Source: Balneolales bacterium
Lineage (GTDB): Bacteria > Bacteroidota > Rhodothermia > Balneolales > Natronogracilivirgulaceae
Assembly: GCA_007132495.1 (NCBI GenBank)
Contig: SLOL01000057.1
Coordinates: 28,994 to 92,993, forward strand
Direction of reading: 5' to 3'
Length of the DNA: 64,000 nt
The notes under the pieces are model-generated. The model saw only the letters and a list, made by a program, of their open reading frames with translations, searched no databases and had not been told where the DNA came from. Both the position numbers and the translations under genes were made by a program. The first letter of the stretch is position 1; each line of letters starts with the position of its first letter. Below are positions 18,994 to 29,523 of this stretch, piece by piece.

Positions 18994-19083
18994 GCTCCCC
19001 ACTCCTGTTAAGTTAAGTTTTTGGAAGTATTACGATATCTCATGGTCCATCCTTATTCCTTACTGAATGATAGCAAATGCCCT

Positions 19084-20205
19084 TTAAAAATATCCGGTAA
19101 ACAGCATGTCATCGCCCGCTTTGGTCCAACCGGCCGAGCGGAATTCGATGATATCACTCATCCGTTCAATGCCGAGTCCCAGAAAACTCCTTGTCCCGCC
19201 GCCCAGCATCCGGGGTGCGACAAAAAGGTGTAGTTTATCAACCAGGTCTTCCCGGACCAGTGTCGAAGCAAGATTGCTTCCCGCTTCCACCAATATGGAT
19301 GTGATGCCGAGATCCCCGAGTTTATCAATGGCCTGTTCCAGGTTTGAGTGTCCTTCAATTTCAGAAACGTGCACCGACTTGCCGCGAAAATAGTCCGGTT
19401 GAAGCATGTTCAGGGCCGGATCCGTATTATCGTCAATCAGGTCGGGATTATAGGTCACCCGGATGGTCTTGTCCTCATGGATATCACTGAACAGATGCAG
19501 CTCGCCGGGAAGCGAGCCCGGTCCGTCAATGACGATCCTTTGGGGCTGGCGGCCGCTGACATGCCGGACGGTCAATCCGGGATTATCCAGCAGTGCCGTA
19601 TTGCGTCCGATCAGCACGGCATCGTACTCGCTTCGCCACTGATGCACCATTTTCCGAGCCTTATGGCCGGTTATCCAGCGGGAATCGCCGTCCGGTGCCG
19701 CTATGTAGCCGTCGATCGTCTGGGCAATTTTCAAAATGATGAAAGGTTTGCCGAAATGCATGTTATGAATAAACACTTCATTTAACTGCCTGGCTTCCTC
19801 TTCCAGCAGACCGGTTTCGACCCGGATTCCCTTTGCCTTCAGGTGAGCAATACCTCTGCCGTTTACTTCCGGATTGGGATCGGTCATGGCCACCACAACT
19901 CTCTTGATCGGATATTTGGCAAGCTCATGAGCACAGGGAGGAGTTTTGCCGTGGTGGGAGCAGGGTTCCAGGGTGACATATACCGTTGCATCCAGCAGAT
20001 CCGACTTGTCTTTTACGCTGTTCAGTGCATTGATTTCGGCATGAGGCTGCCCATAGCGTTCATGATACCCCTCTCCGATCGGCACTTCGTCTCTGGAGCA
20101 GATGACACATCCCACCAGCGGATTGGGAGTAACATACCCCTTTCCTTTTTCAGCAAGCCTGAGGGCCCGCTTCATACGCTTTGTATCGATAGGTGAATAG
20201 CTCAT
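19084..20205 (-). CDS. ribD: Bifunctional diaminohydroxyphosphoribosylaminopyrimidine deaminase / 5-amino-6-(5-phosphoribosylamino)uracil reductase
   Basis: HAEINAL and TLEPCSHHGKTPPC deaminase zinc motifs plus a C-terminal reductase domain. Confidence 0.9.
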   Translation of the reverse strand: MSYSPIDTKRMKRALRLAEKGKGYVTPNPLVGCVICSRDEVPIGEGYHERYGQPHAEINALNSVKDKSDLLDATVYVTLEPCSHHGKTPPCAHELAKYPIKRVVVAMTDPNPEVNGRGIAHLKAKGIRVETGLLEEEARQLNEVFIHNMHFGKPFIILKIAQTIDGYIAAPDGDSRWITGHKARKMVHQWRSEYDAVLIGRNTALLDNPGLTVRHVSGRQPQRIVIDGPGSLPGELHLFSDIHEDKTIRVTYNPDLIDDNTDPALNMLQPDYFRGKSVHVSEIEGHSNLEQAIDKLGDLGITSILVEAGSNLASTLVREDLVDKLHLFVAPRMLGGGTRSFLGLGIERMSDIIEFRSAGWTKAGDDMLFTGYF

Positions 20206-20273
20206 AGGGCCTTTTTATTCGGAACCCGCCTTTGTATAGTTAAGCCTGTCCCGACTAACGGTAAATGTGACAA

Positions 20274-20289
20274 GGGGGAGATATCCCCC
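20274..20289 (-). terminator. Small GC hairpin between the ppiD-like stop and the ribD start (candidate terminator)
   Basis: GGGGGA-GATA-TCCCCC, a 6-bp stem 50 nt downstream of the ppiD-like stop. The following minus-strand sequence is only moderately T-rich. Confidence 0.35.
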
Positions 20290-20338
20290 ACCATTGATTG
20301 GCTGACACGACCGTTCGCCCGTGGCCTCTTCATTCTGC

Positions 20339-22435
20339 CTACATCGGCGGTTGCTGGGGCTGCATCATTTGCTGCTGTGTCCGGAAGTCACGGATATCGG
20401 CACCCGCCTTGAGCCGGTCGACCCACACATTGCTGAATGCCGAATTCTTCTGCTGCTGCAGGCGATCTCTGATTTCGCGGCGTTGCGTTGACGTTATCTC
20501 GGCCGGATCAGCCATCTCCCGTTCATCCACCACCATAACAAACACACCGTTGTTACCACTAATGGCGGGTGAGATTTCACCTTCCGGCAGCGAGAAAGCG
20601 GCGCCAATAATCTTGGGCTCTCTGCCGGCCCCCGGCACCGTAGAAGCATTTAACCGAACCCTTTCGGCCTCCTGGATATTTCTGCCACTGCTTTCGGCCA
20701 GTTGTTCCAATGACTGCACGTTAGCCAGCATCTCACTTACGCGCTGCGTGAGCAGTTCTTCCCTCCTTTTTTCGCGTACCAGATTTTCCACCTGGGAACG
20801 CACCTCATCCAGCGGACGTGTACCGGCCGGTATCACATCGTCAACCTTCATTACGACGAACCGCTCTTCGGTTTCGATCACATCAGAAATGTCACCCTTA
20901 CTCAACGTCCGGAGCTCATTAAGAAGGATCCTGCTTTGACCCAGACCGGGAATTAACGGACTTCCTTCGGTTGCCGTCGCTTCTTCGACCGAGTAACCGC
21001 TTCTTTCCGCCTCTTCTCTGAACCCTTCCGATTCTGCAAAAAACTGGAAATCTTCGGCATCATTGGCCAGACGCTGAACCGTATCAAACGGATCGGCTTC
21101 GATATCCCGGCTCATATCGGCAAACCGGACATCACGGTTGGTGCGATCGACTACCTGAAAAATATAGAGTCCGTCCTCACCTTCAACAGGCCCGGTGACC
21201 GACCCGGGAGCAGCACTGAAAATGGCATTGGCAATTGCAGCGGGCCTGTCGTCACGGCTGATATAGCCGAGCTCACCACCCTCTTCGGCAGACTCCCGGT
21301 GTCCGGAGTAGCTTCTTGCCAATTGTTCAAAAGATTCACCCTCGCGGACACGATTTATCAGCTCTTCGGCAAGCTGCCAGCCATCATCGTCCCTGCTAAC
21401 ACGGATTTGACGAGCCCTGACATACGTTTCATCCGATGGACGCTCTTCCAGCAGTTTTACCATATGTGCCCGGTTATTGACGATATAGGGTTCACTCACT
21501 TCATCCAAATCCAGTTCATACACCCTCAAATGCTCGCGGCGTACTTCCGAGGGATTGAGGAAATCATCAAAATAGCCTGTCTCAGAGAAATTATTGGCCA
21601 GAAACTGCTCCTCATCATCGGATTCACGAAAGTCGTCCCGTAATTCAGCAAGCTGATTCAGTGTTCTTGCCGTATCTTCGGCCGTCGGTGCAATGGAGAA
21701 GCTCACATAAGAGAAGCGCCAGGTTTTGTCCCGTTGAAACCGGTGTTCATTGTTGTTGTAGTATGACCGTATATCGGCATCGGTGACCTCCACCTCATCC
21801 CGTGATATCTCGGAATACGGAAAACGGACATAACGGAAGCCGGCGCGGCTTACCTGTCTCTTGTAGGCCTGATTGATCTCAAAATCACTGACCCGAAGAG
21901 AGGCTTCCAGATACTGATTGAGTTTTTGCTGACGGCGCTGCTCGCGAAGCTGCTGCTCGATCATGATCCAGACCTCGCGATTTTCCGGTGATTCGATCGC
22001 ATTTTGCAGGGCAACCCGGTCAATGGTCCCATCCTCTCTGGTAAACTGCTGTCTGATAAACGGGTCCGGGTTCTCTCCGGTCACCATATCAACAAGCTCG
22101 GCGTCGGATACCGTAATACCCATATCCTGCATTCTCTGCTCAAGGATTTTATCCACCACCAATTGATCCCAGGCCATTTGCTCATATTGGGCTCGTATCT
22201 CGCTGTCGGGGCTGGCGCCGGTCTGTTCGCGATGCTGCTCGGTGTAAAGACTGATTCGCTGATTAAACTCGGCATACGAAATGGGCTCACGATTCACTTC
22301 GCCCATATTCCGTGACCCCGCCATCATGGCATCAAACACCTGCGTATCCGCCAGTACCCAAAGCAGACCGAAGGATATTATGAGGAGCCAAATCATGTAT
22401 TTGGTGCTGGCTCTAAGTTTTTGCATCAAACCCAT
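20339..22435 (-). CDS. Periplasmic chaperone / peptidylprolyl isomerase, PpiD-like (SurA N-terminal domain family)
   Basis: N-terminal anchor KYMIWLLIISFGLLWVL, typical of PpiD, and a long SurA-like chaperone region; 698 aa. Confidence 0.7.
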   Translation of the reverse strand: MGLMQKLRASTKYMIWLLIISFGLLWVLADTQVFDAMMAGSRNMGEVNREPISYAEFNQRISLYTEQHREQTGASPDSEIRAQYEQMAWDQLVVDKILEQRMQDMGITVSDAELVDMVTGENPDPFIRQQFTREDGTIDRVALQNAIESPENREVWIMIEQQLREQRRQQKLNQYLEASLRVSDFEINQAYKRQVSRAGFRYVRFPYSEISRDEVEVTDADIRSYYNNNEHRFQRDKTWRFSYVSFSIAPTAEDTARTLNQLAELRDDFRESDDEEQFLANNFSETGYFDDFLNPSEVRREHLRVYELDLDEVSEPYIVNNRAHMVKLLEERPSDETYVRARQIRVSRDDDGWQLAEELINRVREGESFEQLARSYSGHRESAEEGGELGYISRDDRPAAIANAIFSAAPGSVTGPVEGEDGLYIFQVVDRTNRDVRFADMSRDIEADPFDTVQRLANDAEDFQFFAESEGFREEAERSGYSVEEATATEGSPLIPGLGQSRILLNELRTLSKGDISDVIETEERFVVMKVDDVIPAGTRPLDEVRSQVENLVREKRREELLTQRVSEMLANVQSLEQLAESSGRNIQEAERVRLNASTVPGAGREPKIIGAAFSLPEGEISPAISGNNGVFVMVVDEREMADPAEITSTQRREIRDRLQQQKNSAFSNVWVDRLKAGADIRDFRTQQQMMQPQQPPM

Positions 22436-22677
22436 AGAAAACCTCTGAGACGTATGTTAAATTGATATAAGTGGTGATCCTGCAATACCCGGTAATAACC
22501 ATCAAAGATACGGCAAATACTGCGAATTACAAAGCTGTACCCGTAACGTTTGTACCGTGTTTTTCGTGTTTAACGGGAGGATCCTGCTGTTCGTAAAGCT
22601 TGAATGCAGCAGGCGGCAAGTGTACGCTCACAGGGTATGGCCGATTCGGTAAATGAACCAACGGAATAACGGGGCCT

Positions 22678-23610
22678 CTAAAATATATCCACCAGACGCA
22701 TGTGCTTGAGAAAGTGTTGCGGGTCTTCCTTCAATATGCGGGAAATATCCTTCAGGTTGACGGCCAGGCTGTCCAGGTTGTTGTACAGTGAGGGATCCTG
22801 AATCAATTTGCCGGCCGTTCCCTCACCGCTGTTGATATTCTGCATCATCATATTCAGTTCGTTACTTACCCCTCCCAGTTCACTGGAAATAACCCCGAGC
22901 TCACGACTGGTGGTTTCCAGGTTAACGAGAATACTGTCCAGCTGTGAATCCCGGCCCGCACTCAGTGTATCCAGATTGGCTATGAAGTTTTGAAGGCTCA
23001 TTATCGACTGGTCAAGATCATCGCTTCTCCGCTGAATCAATGCATTCACTTCCCTGGATGATCCCCTGAGCGCACTGAGGGTCTGCTGGATATCTTCACG
23101 GCCACCCTCTTTCATAATCAATTCAAATTCTTCGAGGACTTCAGCCATGCTGGCTGTAGTGCGCCTTATCCCGGGCCTCAATTCCTCGGAGATATCTTCA
23201 ATCTCTTCCATGAAACCACGATCATAATAACCCTGTATGTAACCACCGTCCGGTATCATCTCCTCTTCTCCGGAGTAAAGGATCCGTACATGTTTTCCGC
23301 CGAGCAGATCCGACGACTCAATAACAGCCCTCGACCCCACCGGTATTCCCTCGGTAAAGGAAAGGTTCATCACCACCTGTACACTGTCCGGGCCTTCAAG
23401 ACTCACTCGGTTAACTGATCCGATTTTTACTCCCGACATATACACGGAACTTCCCGGGGTAATCCCGTCTATCCTTTCAAAGGATGTGTACAACTGGAGG
23501 CTGGGACGAAACAGGGGGACGTCCTGCATAAGTCGAAAGCCGATAATGGCAATCAGCATTGCGATTACAATGGTCAGGCCAATTTTTATTTCGTTCTGAA
23601 GATTTTTCAA
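22678..23610 (-). CDS. mlaD: MlaD family (MCE domain) protein
   Basis: N-terminal TM helix, an MCE domain (GSSVYMSGVKIGSVNRV) and a C-terminal coiled coil. It follows mlaE-mlaF. Confidence 0.8.
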   Translation of the reverse strand: MKNLQNEIKIGLTIVIAMLIAIIGFRLMQDVPLFRPSLQLYTSFERIDGITPGSSVYMSGVKIGSVNRVSLEGPDSVQVVMNLSFTEGIPVGSRAVIESSDLLGGKHVRILYSGEEEMIPDGGYIQGYYDRGFMEEIEDISEELRPGIRRTTASMAEVLEEFELIMKEGGREDIQQTLSALRGSSREVNALIQRRSDDLDQSIMSLQNFIANLDTLSAGRDSQLDSILVNLETTSRELGVISSELGGVSNELNMMMQNINSGEGTAGKLIQDPSLYNNLDSLAVNLKDISRILKEDPQHFLKHMRLVDIF

Positions 23611-23628
23611 ACCGGACTCCGCTATAAT

Positions 23629-24363
23629 TTAAATGGTGTACTCACTCGCTTTTATGAAATCATTCAAGGCCTGGTGATTACTGGTTCTGAGCTCTTCAAT
23701 AGACCCGTACCAGCTCAGCTTCTGTTCATCCAGGAATGCCACATTGTCGGCGACTCTTAAAACACTGTGCATGTCATGTGTAATGACGATGGACGTGATA
23801 TCCAGCGTATCCGCCATATTGATGATCATATCATTAATTTCGTCCGAAGTCTGGGGATCAAGCCCTGATGTCGGTTCATCATACAAAAGATAATCGGGTT
23901 TCAGGACAATTGCCCGCGCCAGTCCAACACGCTTTTTCATCCCGCCCGACAGTTCCGCCGGGGTTTTATTACCGATATCCTGCAATTGCACCAGCTCAAG
24001 CGACTCCATGACCCGCTCTTCTATCTCCCTGTTCTCCAGATCTGAAAAATATCGGAGCGGGAAAGCAACATTTTCAAAAGCCGTTATGGAATCGAACAGG
24101 GCGGCACCCTGAAAAAGCACTCCAAAACGCTGACGGAGTTTTCGAAGACGGGCATACCGCATATCGAAAACATTTACACCATCAATCAGCACGTCCCCTG
24201 AATCGGGATAAAGCAGCACATTAAGGTGTTTCATCAATACCGACTTGCCCGAACCCGATTTTCCGATCACAGCCAGCGTTTCGCCGTCATCGATGGTCAG
24301 ACTGACATCCTCCCAAACCAGATTGGGGCCGAAACTTTTTGTAAGATTTTTTATTTCGATCAT
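23629..24363 (-). CDS. mlaF: ABC transporter ATP-binding protein (MlaF-like)
   Basis: Walker A GKSGSGKS, signature LSGGMKKRVGLARA, Walker B LLYDEPTSGLD. Confidence 0.85.
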   Translation of the reverse strand: MIEIKNLTKSFGPNLVWEDVSLTIDDGETLAVIGKSGSGKSVLMKHLNVLLYPDSGDVLIDGVNVFDMRYARLRKLRQRFGVLFQGAALFDSITAFENVAFPLRYFSDLENREIEERVMESLELVQLQDIGNKTPAELSGGMKKRVGLARAIVLKPDYLLYDEPTSGLDPQTSDEINDMIINMADTLDITSIVITHDMHSVLRVADNVAFLDEQKLSWYGSIEELRTSNHQALNDFIKASEYTI

Positions 24364-24373
24364 AGTTTAAGAC

Positions 24374-25111
24374 CTACAGCAGTACGTATGCCAGGATAAA
24401 ATCGGCCAGCAGAATGTAGATACAGCTTAAAACCGTTGCCTGGGTGGTGGCCTTACCCACCCCCTCCGCTCCGCCGGTGGCGAAGTAGCCTTTATAACAC
24501 GAGATGGAAGTGATGATATAGCCGAAAACAAACGATTTTATCACACCGAAACTGACGTCGGCAGGAGAAAATACCTGCCGCGCGCCAAGCATGAAATCGG
24601 CGACCGGAACCGCTCCGGTCAGTATCCCGCCCAGTAATCCTCCGATCATACCAGAAAGTACCGCGGCAACATAAATCACCGGAAACATAAAAACACCGGC
24701 CAGCACCCGGGGCATAACCAGAAACGTAACTGAATTAAACCCCATGGATTCCAGGGCATCAATCTGCTCACTCACCGACATGGTTCCTAGTTCGGTAGCG
24801 ATGCGGGCACCCACCCGGCCGGCAAGTACCAGGCCGCTGATCACGGCCGCCAGTTCGATTAACAGCGACTGGGAAACTATGGCTCCGATCGTCGAAGGCG
24901 GAATAAATCCTGCCACCAGCTGGTAGGAGGTTTGAATGGTCATAACCGCCCCGGTAAAAAAACCGGCCAGAATAATAATCGGAAGCGAGTCGTATCCGGT
25001 TTTTATCATCTCCAGAGTAAGGTTCTTCCGGTACATCCCGAACTCTGTGGATGAACGTATCGCTTCATATATCAATCTGCAATAGCGCCCGACATCGATA
25101 AATAATTGCAT
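24374..25111 (-). CDS. mlaE: MlaE family ABC transporter permease
   Basis: Polytopic permease of 245 aa immediately upstream of the ATPase and the MCE protein. Confidence 0.8.
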   Translation of the reverse strand: MQLFIDVGRYCRLIYEAIRSSTEFGMYRKNLTLEMIKTGYDSLPIIILAGFFTGAVMTIQTSYQLVAGFIPPSTIGAIVSQSLLIELAAVISGLVLAGRVGARIATELGTMSVSEQIDALESMGFNSVTFLVMPRVLAGVFMFPVIYVAAVLSGMIGGLLGGILTGAVPVADFMLGARQVFSPADVSFGVIKSFVFGYIITSISCYKGYFATGGAEGVGKATTQATVLSCIYILLADFILAYVLL

Positions 25112-25429
25112 GCAATACCCATGTTAAGATTTCAGCACAAACGAGCATGGTTTACAGCTAACAGGCTCTCCATGTGATCCCGGAAAAAACATAAAACATA
25201 CACATTGAACATCCATGGCGTACTTTTCCGACACGCAGATACATAATCAAACACATGGATACTCCATTTGTTATTATAACTTTTAAACATTTAAACAGAT
25301 AAAACAGACGTTAACAGGTAGTACTCCGATATCGCAAATATAAAACAGCTTTTTAAATCTTTTACGATTCATCTGCAAATTCCAATATCTTGGTACCGTA
25401 AACTTAAGAAATTAAAATTTCTCCGGACT

Positions 25430-26410
25430 GTGAAAAAACTACTACTTTTCTGCTTTTTACTGTTGATCGGTTTCGGCCCGGAGGCCCATGCACAAATCGG
25501 TAATGAATCCGTCTTCGGTTTCCTGAAAATACCGGCTTCGGCCCGGGCCGCCGCCCTCGGGGGAAACCATGTTTCTCTGAACAATGCCGAAACGGCCCTG
25601 TTTACGGCCAATCCCGCATACTTGACAAAAACATCCCACAAACAACTTTCCGTTTCTTATCTGAACCATTTTTCGGATATCTATCTGGGAGCTGCGGATT
25701 TTTCCTACCATATCGACAATATCGGAACCATGGCCTCCGGTATTCGCTTTGTCAATTATGGTGATTTTACCAGACTTGACAGCGAAGGCAGGAACCAGGG
25801 TTCGTTCAACGCTTATGACCTGTCCTGGAGTACTGCTTTTTCAAGGGAATTGTTTCATGATGTACGTGGGGGGATCGGTACCCAGCTTATCACTGCCAGG
25901 TATGACGACTTTCAATCGACCGCTATCGCTTTCTTCGGCGGTATGTATTACACCTTCAACAATGACTATACCCATCTCGGCCTCTCATTCAGGCATCTCG
26001 GTTTTCAACTCACCCGATTTGACCAATCCCGGGAAAACCTGCCTTTTACCATCACCGGGGGTATTAGCCACCGGCTTCAGCATCTCCCGATTCGCTTCAA
26101 TCTGGGACTCCATTCCCTCAACCGTTGGGAACTGCCCGTTTTTGACGATGACCAGGAAACAGGCTTTACAGACCACCTTTTCCGGCATGTGCGATTCGGA
26201 ATCGAGCTGCTCTTTACCGAAAATGTCAACCTCCGTATTGGTTACGATCATCTGAAAAATCAGGAGCTCCAAACCGACCGGCGCATTGACCTTTCCGGGA
26301 CCGGCATCGGCGTCGGCATTACCATTCGGGACATACGGTTTGATATCAGTCGCTCTTCATACAGTGAAACCGGCGGTTTGATACAGATCAGTGTCGGCAC
26401 CCGGTTTTAA
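25430..26410 (+). CDS. porQ: Type IX secretion system outer-membrane beta-barrel protein, PorQ-like
   Basis: Signal peptide, then ESVFGFLKIPASARAAALGG, then NPA, which fits the PorQ/PorV-type N-terminal signature. The size (326 aa) fits PorQ. GTG start. Confidence 0.6.
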   Translation: MKKLLLFCFLLLIGFGPEAHAQIGNESVFGFLKIPASARAAALGGNHVSLNNAETALFTANPAYLTKTSHKQLSVSYLNHFSDIYLGAADFSYHIDNIGTMASGIRFVNYGDFTRLDSEGRNQGSFNAYDLSWSTAFSRELFHDVRGGIGTQLITARYDDFQSTAIAFFGGMYYTFNNDYTHLGLSFRHLGFQLTRFDQSRENLPFTITGGISHRLQHLPIRFNLGLHSLNRWELPVFDDDQETGFTDHLFRHVRFGIELLFTENVNLRIGYDHLKNQELQTDRRIDLSGTGIGVGITIRDIRFDISRSSYSETGGLIQISVGTRF

Positions 26411-26549
26411 TGTAGTTCATTGGTTGAACTTCCGTTTATAACAGGCCTCGGACACTACTTCTGCAAGGAATTTCCTATATTGAACGTTTTGAAGTCTTCC
26501 CGATGCGGAACAACATTCCGTTAACACCAAACAGCTTGACACGTTTCTG

Positions 26550-27731
26550 ATGATTCGATATTTAACAGCCGGTGAATCTCACGGACCGGAACTTTTGGGT
26601 ATAGTGGAGGGGCTCCCCGCCGGACTTCCCATCACAACTGAAGCTATCGCAAAACAGCTGGCCCGCCGGCAACTGGGATACGGGCGTGGCGGACGCATGG
26701 CATTTGAAAAAGATGCCGCCGAAATTGTATCCGGGGTCCGATTCGGAAAAACCATGGGCCATCCCGTCGCTCTGAAACTGACCAACAAGGCCTATCACAA
26801 GGATGAGGCCAATTGGCCCCGGGTAATGTCCGCAACACCGGTATCCGGTGAGATTGAAAAGATAACCGTACCGCGTCCCGGGCATGCCGACCTGGTTGGA
26901 GTTCAAAAATTCCGTTTCGACGATATCCGGCCCGTGATTGAACGTTCCAGCGCCCGGGAAACCGGCATGAGAGTGGCATGCTGCGCAACAGCCCGCGCTC
27001 TGCTACGGTATTTCGACATCCAGATCGGAGGTCATGTGATACAGATTGGCGAGGCCGGCTATTCCTCATGGGAAGAGAGCCGCCGGAAAGCCGATCCCCT
27101 GGTAGATAAAGGAGCTGAACTTCTTTCTGAAGCTGCCGACAAATCGGAAGTTCGCTGTCTGGATTCCGATATCACCGACAGGATGGTGGACGAAATCAAA
27201 AAGAGGAGGAAAGAAGGCAGTTCGCTTGGCGGCATTTATGAAATCGTGGTTAGTGGTCTCCCTGCCGGACTCGGGACCTATGTACACTGGGATCGAAAAC
27301 TGGAAGGCCTTCTGGCTCAGGCCGTTATGGGCACCCAGGCCATGAAGGGAGTGGAAATCGGACTCGGTTTTGAAACCGGTAAGCGGCACGGTCACCAGGT
27401 TCACGATGAGATCACCTGGAAAGATGGCCGTTTTGAGCGGAAAAGCAATCGGGCCGGTGGATTGGAAGGCGGCATTACAACCGGAATGCCACTTATCATA
27501 AGGGGTGTCATGAAACCCATCCCCACTATGCTCAAACCGTTGCAAACCGTTGACATGGTTACCAAAAAATCACAGGAAACCCGGTATGAACGGTCGGACG
27601 TATGTGCCCTGCCCCGTGCCCTTGTCGTGGTGGAGAATGTGATCGCACCGGTTCTTGCCAATGCCTTCCTCGAAAAATTCGGGGGCGACTCCATCGCGGA
27701 AATATCGGAGCGATATCAATCATCGCATTGA
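26550..27731 (+). CDS. aroC: Chorismate synthase
   Basis: MIRYLTAGESHGPELLGIVEGLPAGL and RPGHAD motifs. Confidence 0.92.
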   Translation: MIRYLTAGESHGPELLGIVEGLPAGLPITTEAIAKQLARRQLGYGRGGRMAFEKDAAEIVSGVRFGKTMGHPVALKLTNKAYHKDEANWPRVMSATPVSGEIEKITVPRPGHADLVGVQKFRFDDIRPVIERSSARETGMRVACCATARALLRYFDIQIGGHVIQIGEAGYSSWEESRRKADPLVDKGAELLSEAADKSEVRCLDSDITDRMVDEIKKRRKEGSSLGGIYEIVVSGLPAGLGTYVHWDRKLEGLLAQAVMGTQAMKGVEIGLGFETGKRHGHQVHDEITWKDGRFERKSNRAGGLEGGITTGMPLIIRGVMKPIPTMLKPLQTVDMVTKKSQETRYERSDVCALPRALVVVENVIAPVLANAFLEKFGGDSIAEISERYQSSH

Positions 27732-27810
27732 CCCTCAGTGATTTCTGAATACCATCATACGCTGAAAGCAACACATTCGTTAAATAGTGAAATACGGAAA
27801 GCAGAAAATC

Positions 27811-28137
27811 ATGAATGAAGAACGAACCAGGATGCTCCATACCTTTCTGGAAGAAGATCCATCGGACAGCTTTTCCAGATTCGCGCTGGCTCTGGAGTAT
27901 CTGAAAATTCAGGACATCGATACCGCCCGTTCCCATTTTGAATTTATTGAAAAAAATGATCCCGGTTATATCGGTGTATACTACCACCTTGGCAAGCTGT
28001 ATCAATCAACTGAACAAATTGACAAAGCCAGAGATACATTTACCAAAGGCATTGCCATGGCACACAGGATTCAGGATGCCCACTCTGCCAAAGAACTCAA
28101 GGAAGCTCTGGAGCAGCTGAATTCCGAAGACGCATGA
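27811..28137 (+). CDS. Tetratricopeptide repeat protein
   Basis: Small TPR-like helical protein. Start set at ATG 27811 rather than the GTG at 27787. Confidence 0.55.
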   Translation: MNEERTRMLHTFLEEDPSDSFSRFALALEYLKIQDIDTARSHFEFIEKNDPGYIGVYYHLGKLYQSTEQIDKARDTFTKGIAMAHRIQDAHSAKELKEALEQLNSEDA

Positions 28138-28187
28138 CTCATCCATCCCGCAGATACTCAAATTTGACCAACAGCCTATTGACAGAT

Positions 28188-29366
28188 ATGCGAATATTAG
28201 TATTGACCTGTCTAATCCTGCTGCCACTGCTTACTTTTGCCCAAACCGAACCGCCGACACATATCGTCAGGGCGGGCGAAACCCTGTTCAGCATTTCCAG
28301 ACAGTATGATGTCTCGGTGCAGCAGCTTCGCGAATGGAACAATCTCCCGGACAACACGATCCAGGTTGGTTCGCGACTCTATCTGGGTGAACGATCTTCA
28401 CGGGACTCCGATGGAGCGGAACCCGACACCATCCGTCATGTAGTAGAACCCGGCCAAACCCTGTTCCGGCTATCCCGTATGTATGATGTCAACGTGGATG
28501 ATCTGCGGTCATGGAATGACCTGGATTCGGATGCCCTGTCCATAGGGCAGGAACTCACCATTTACCTATCCCACGCAGACGCCCCTCCCGGAACCGATGA
28601 CCCGCAGATAGCCGAAACACGGGCACCGGAACAGACGGAATCACCCGATACAGAGACCCGGGACCAACCGGCAGAAGATGCGGAATCCCCGACCTATTAT
28701 GAAGTAAGGGCCGGTGACACCATGACCCGAATCGCATCCCGATACAATATGAGTGTCGAAGAACTCATGGAAATCAATGACCTGGATGATACAAGGCTGA
28801 TTGTCGGGCAGGAACTGCGTGTCCGAAGCAGGACCGCCCCACCTCCCTCTGTAGCTGCCGAATGGGACCTGGAAAGCACCCCCCAGGGAAAATTTGTTAC
28901 TTATACCCTGAATGAAGAAGACTCCCTTGACCAGCTGCTTCAGTATCATCAAATGGACCGGCGGGAGTTCCGGGCACTGAATCCGGGTCTCTCACTTTCA
29001 GATGTCAGGCCCGGAGACGAGGTGACTCTTCTGCTTGCGGCCACCTCCTCCCAAAGCAATCCCTACAAGATTACGAACTCCGGCGACGAGGAAAGCCGCA
29101 TAGAAGTTTCACGGTATCCCGGCGACCGGAGAGGAACCAGAACCACCAGCGGTGACTTGTACAACCCCTCGGCCCTTACTGCCGCTCATCCCGGTTTGTC
29201 TCTGGGTACGGTCGTTTATGTAAAGAACCCGGATAACGGACGCGGAATCTTTGTACTTATCAATGACCGTACTTCCGACAACCGCCTCCTTCTTTCCGAA
29301 CGTGCCTTTCAGGCCCTGGAATATGATTCCGCAACCCGGCTGGTGGCGGAGATCCATGAAAATTGA
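28188..29366 (+). CDS. LysM-repeat protein with a C-terminal RlpA-like double-psi beta-barrel (septal ring lytic transglycosylase RlpA family)
   Basis: Four LysM-like repeats (for example HIVRAGETLFSISRQYDVSVQQLREWN). The C-terminus reads TTSGDLYNPSALTAAHPGLSLGTVVYVKNPDNGRGIFVLINDR. Start set at MRILVLTCLILLPLL (ATG 28188). Confidence 0.75.
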   Translation: MRILVLTCLILLPLLTFAQTEPPTHIVRAGETLFSISRQYDVSVQQLREWNNLPDNTIQVGSRLYLGERSSRDSDGAEPDTIRHVVEPGQTLFRLSRMYDVNVDDLRSWNDLDSDALSIGQELTIYLSHADAPPGTDDPQIAETRAPEQTESPDTETRDQPAEDAESPTYYEVRAGDTMTRIASRYNMSVEELMEINDLDDTRLIVGQELRVRSRTAPPPSVAAEWDLESTPQGKFVTYTLNEEDSLDQLLQYHQMDRREFRALNPGLSLSDVRPGDEVTLLLAATSSQSNPYKITNSGDEESRIEVSRYPGDRRGTRTTSGDLYNPSALTAAHPGLSLGTVVYVKNPDNGRGIFVLINDRTSDNRLLLSERAFQALEYDSATRLVAEIHEN

Positions 29367-29523
29367 GGGGGCATCTGTCAATATTGCTGCTTTTTTTTTA
29401 CATTTTACCTTAATGAGATATTGAAAATAAAGAAGCCTCCCTATCTACATTTCGGGCGCACTGTGAACCTGGCTTCACCTTTCGGTTTCTCTCAATACGT
29501 TAACTGTGAAGGATAGATCGTCA

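Noticed and set aside
20206-20338. Expected an FMN riboswitch upstream of ribD. The plus strand contains TCCCGACTAACGGTAAA, which is reminiscent of the RFN core.
   Set aside because: The resemblance is on the wrong strand for ribD. The minus strand lacks the GGGTGAAATTCCC and CCGACAGT..AGTC.GGATG cores, and 133 nt is short for an RFN element plus expression platform. Only a small hairpin (20274-20289) is retained as a possible terminator.
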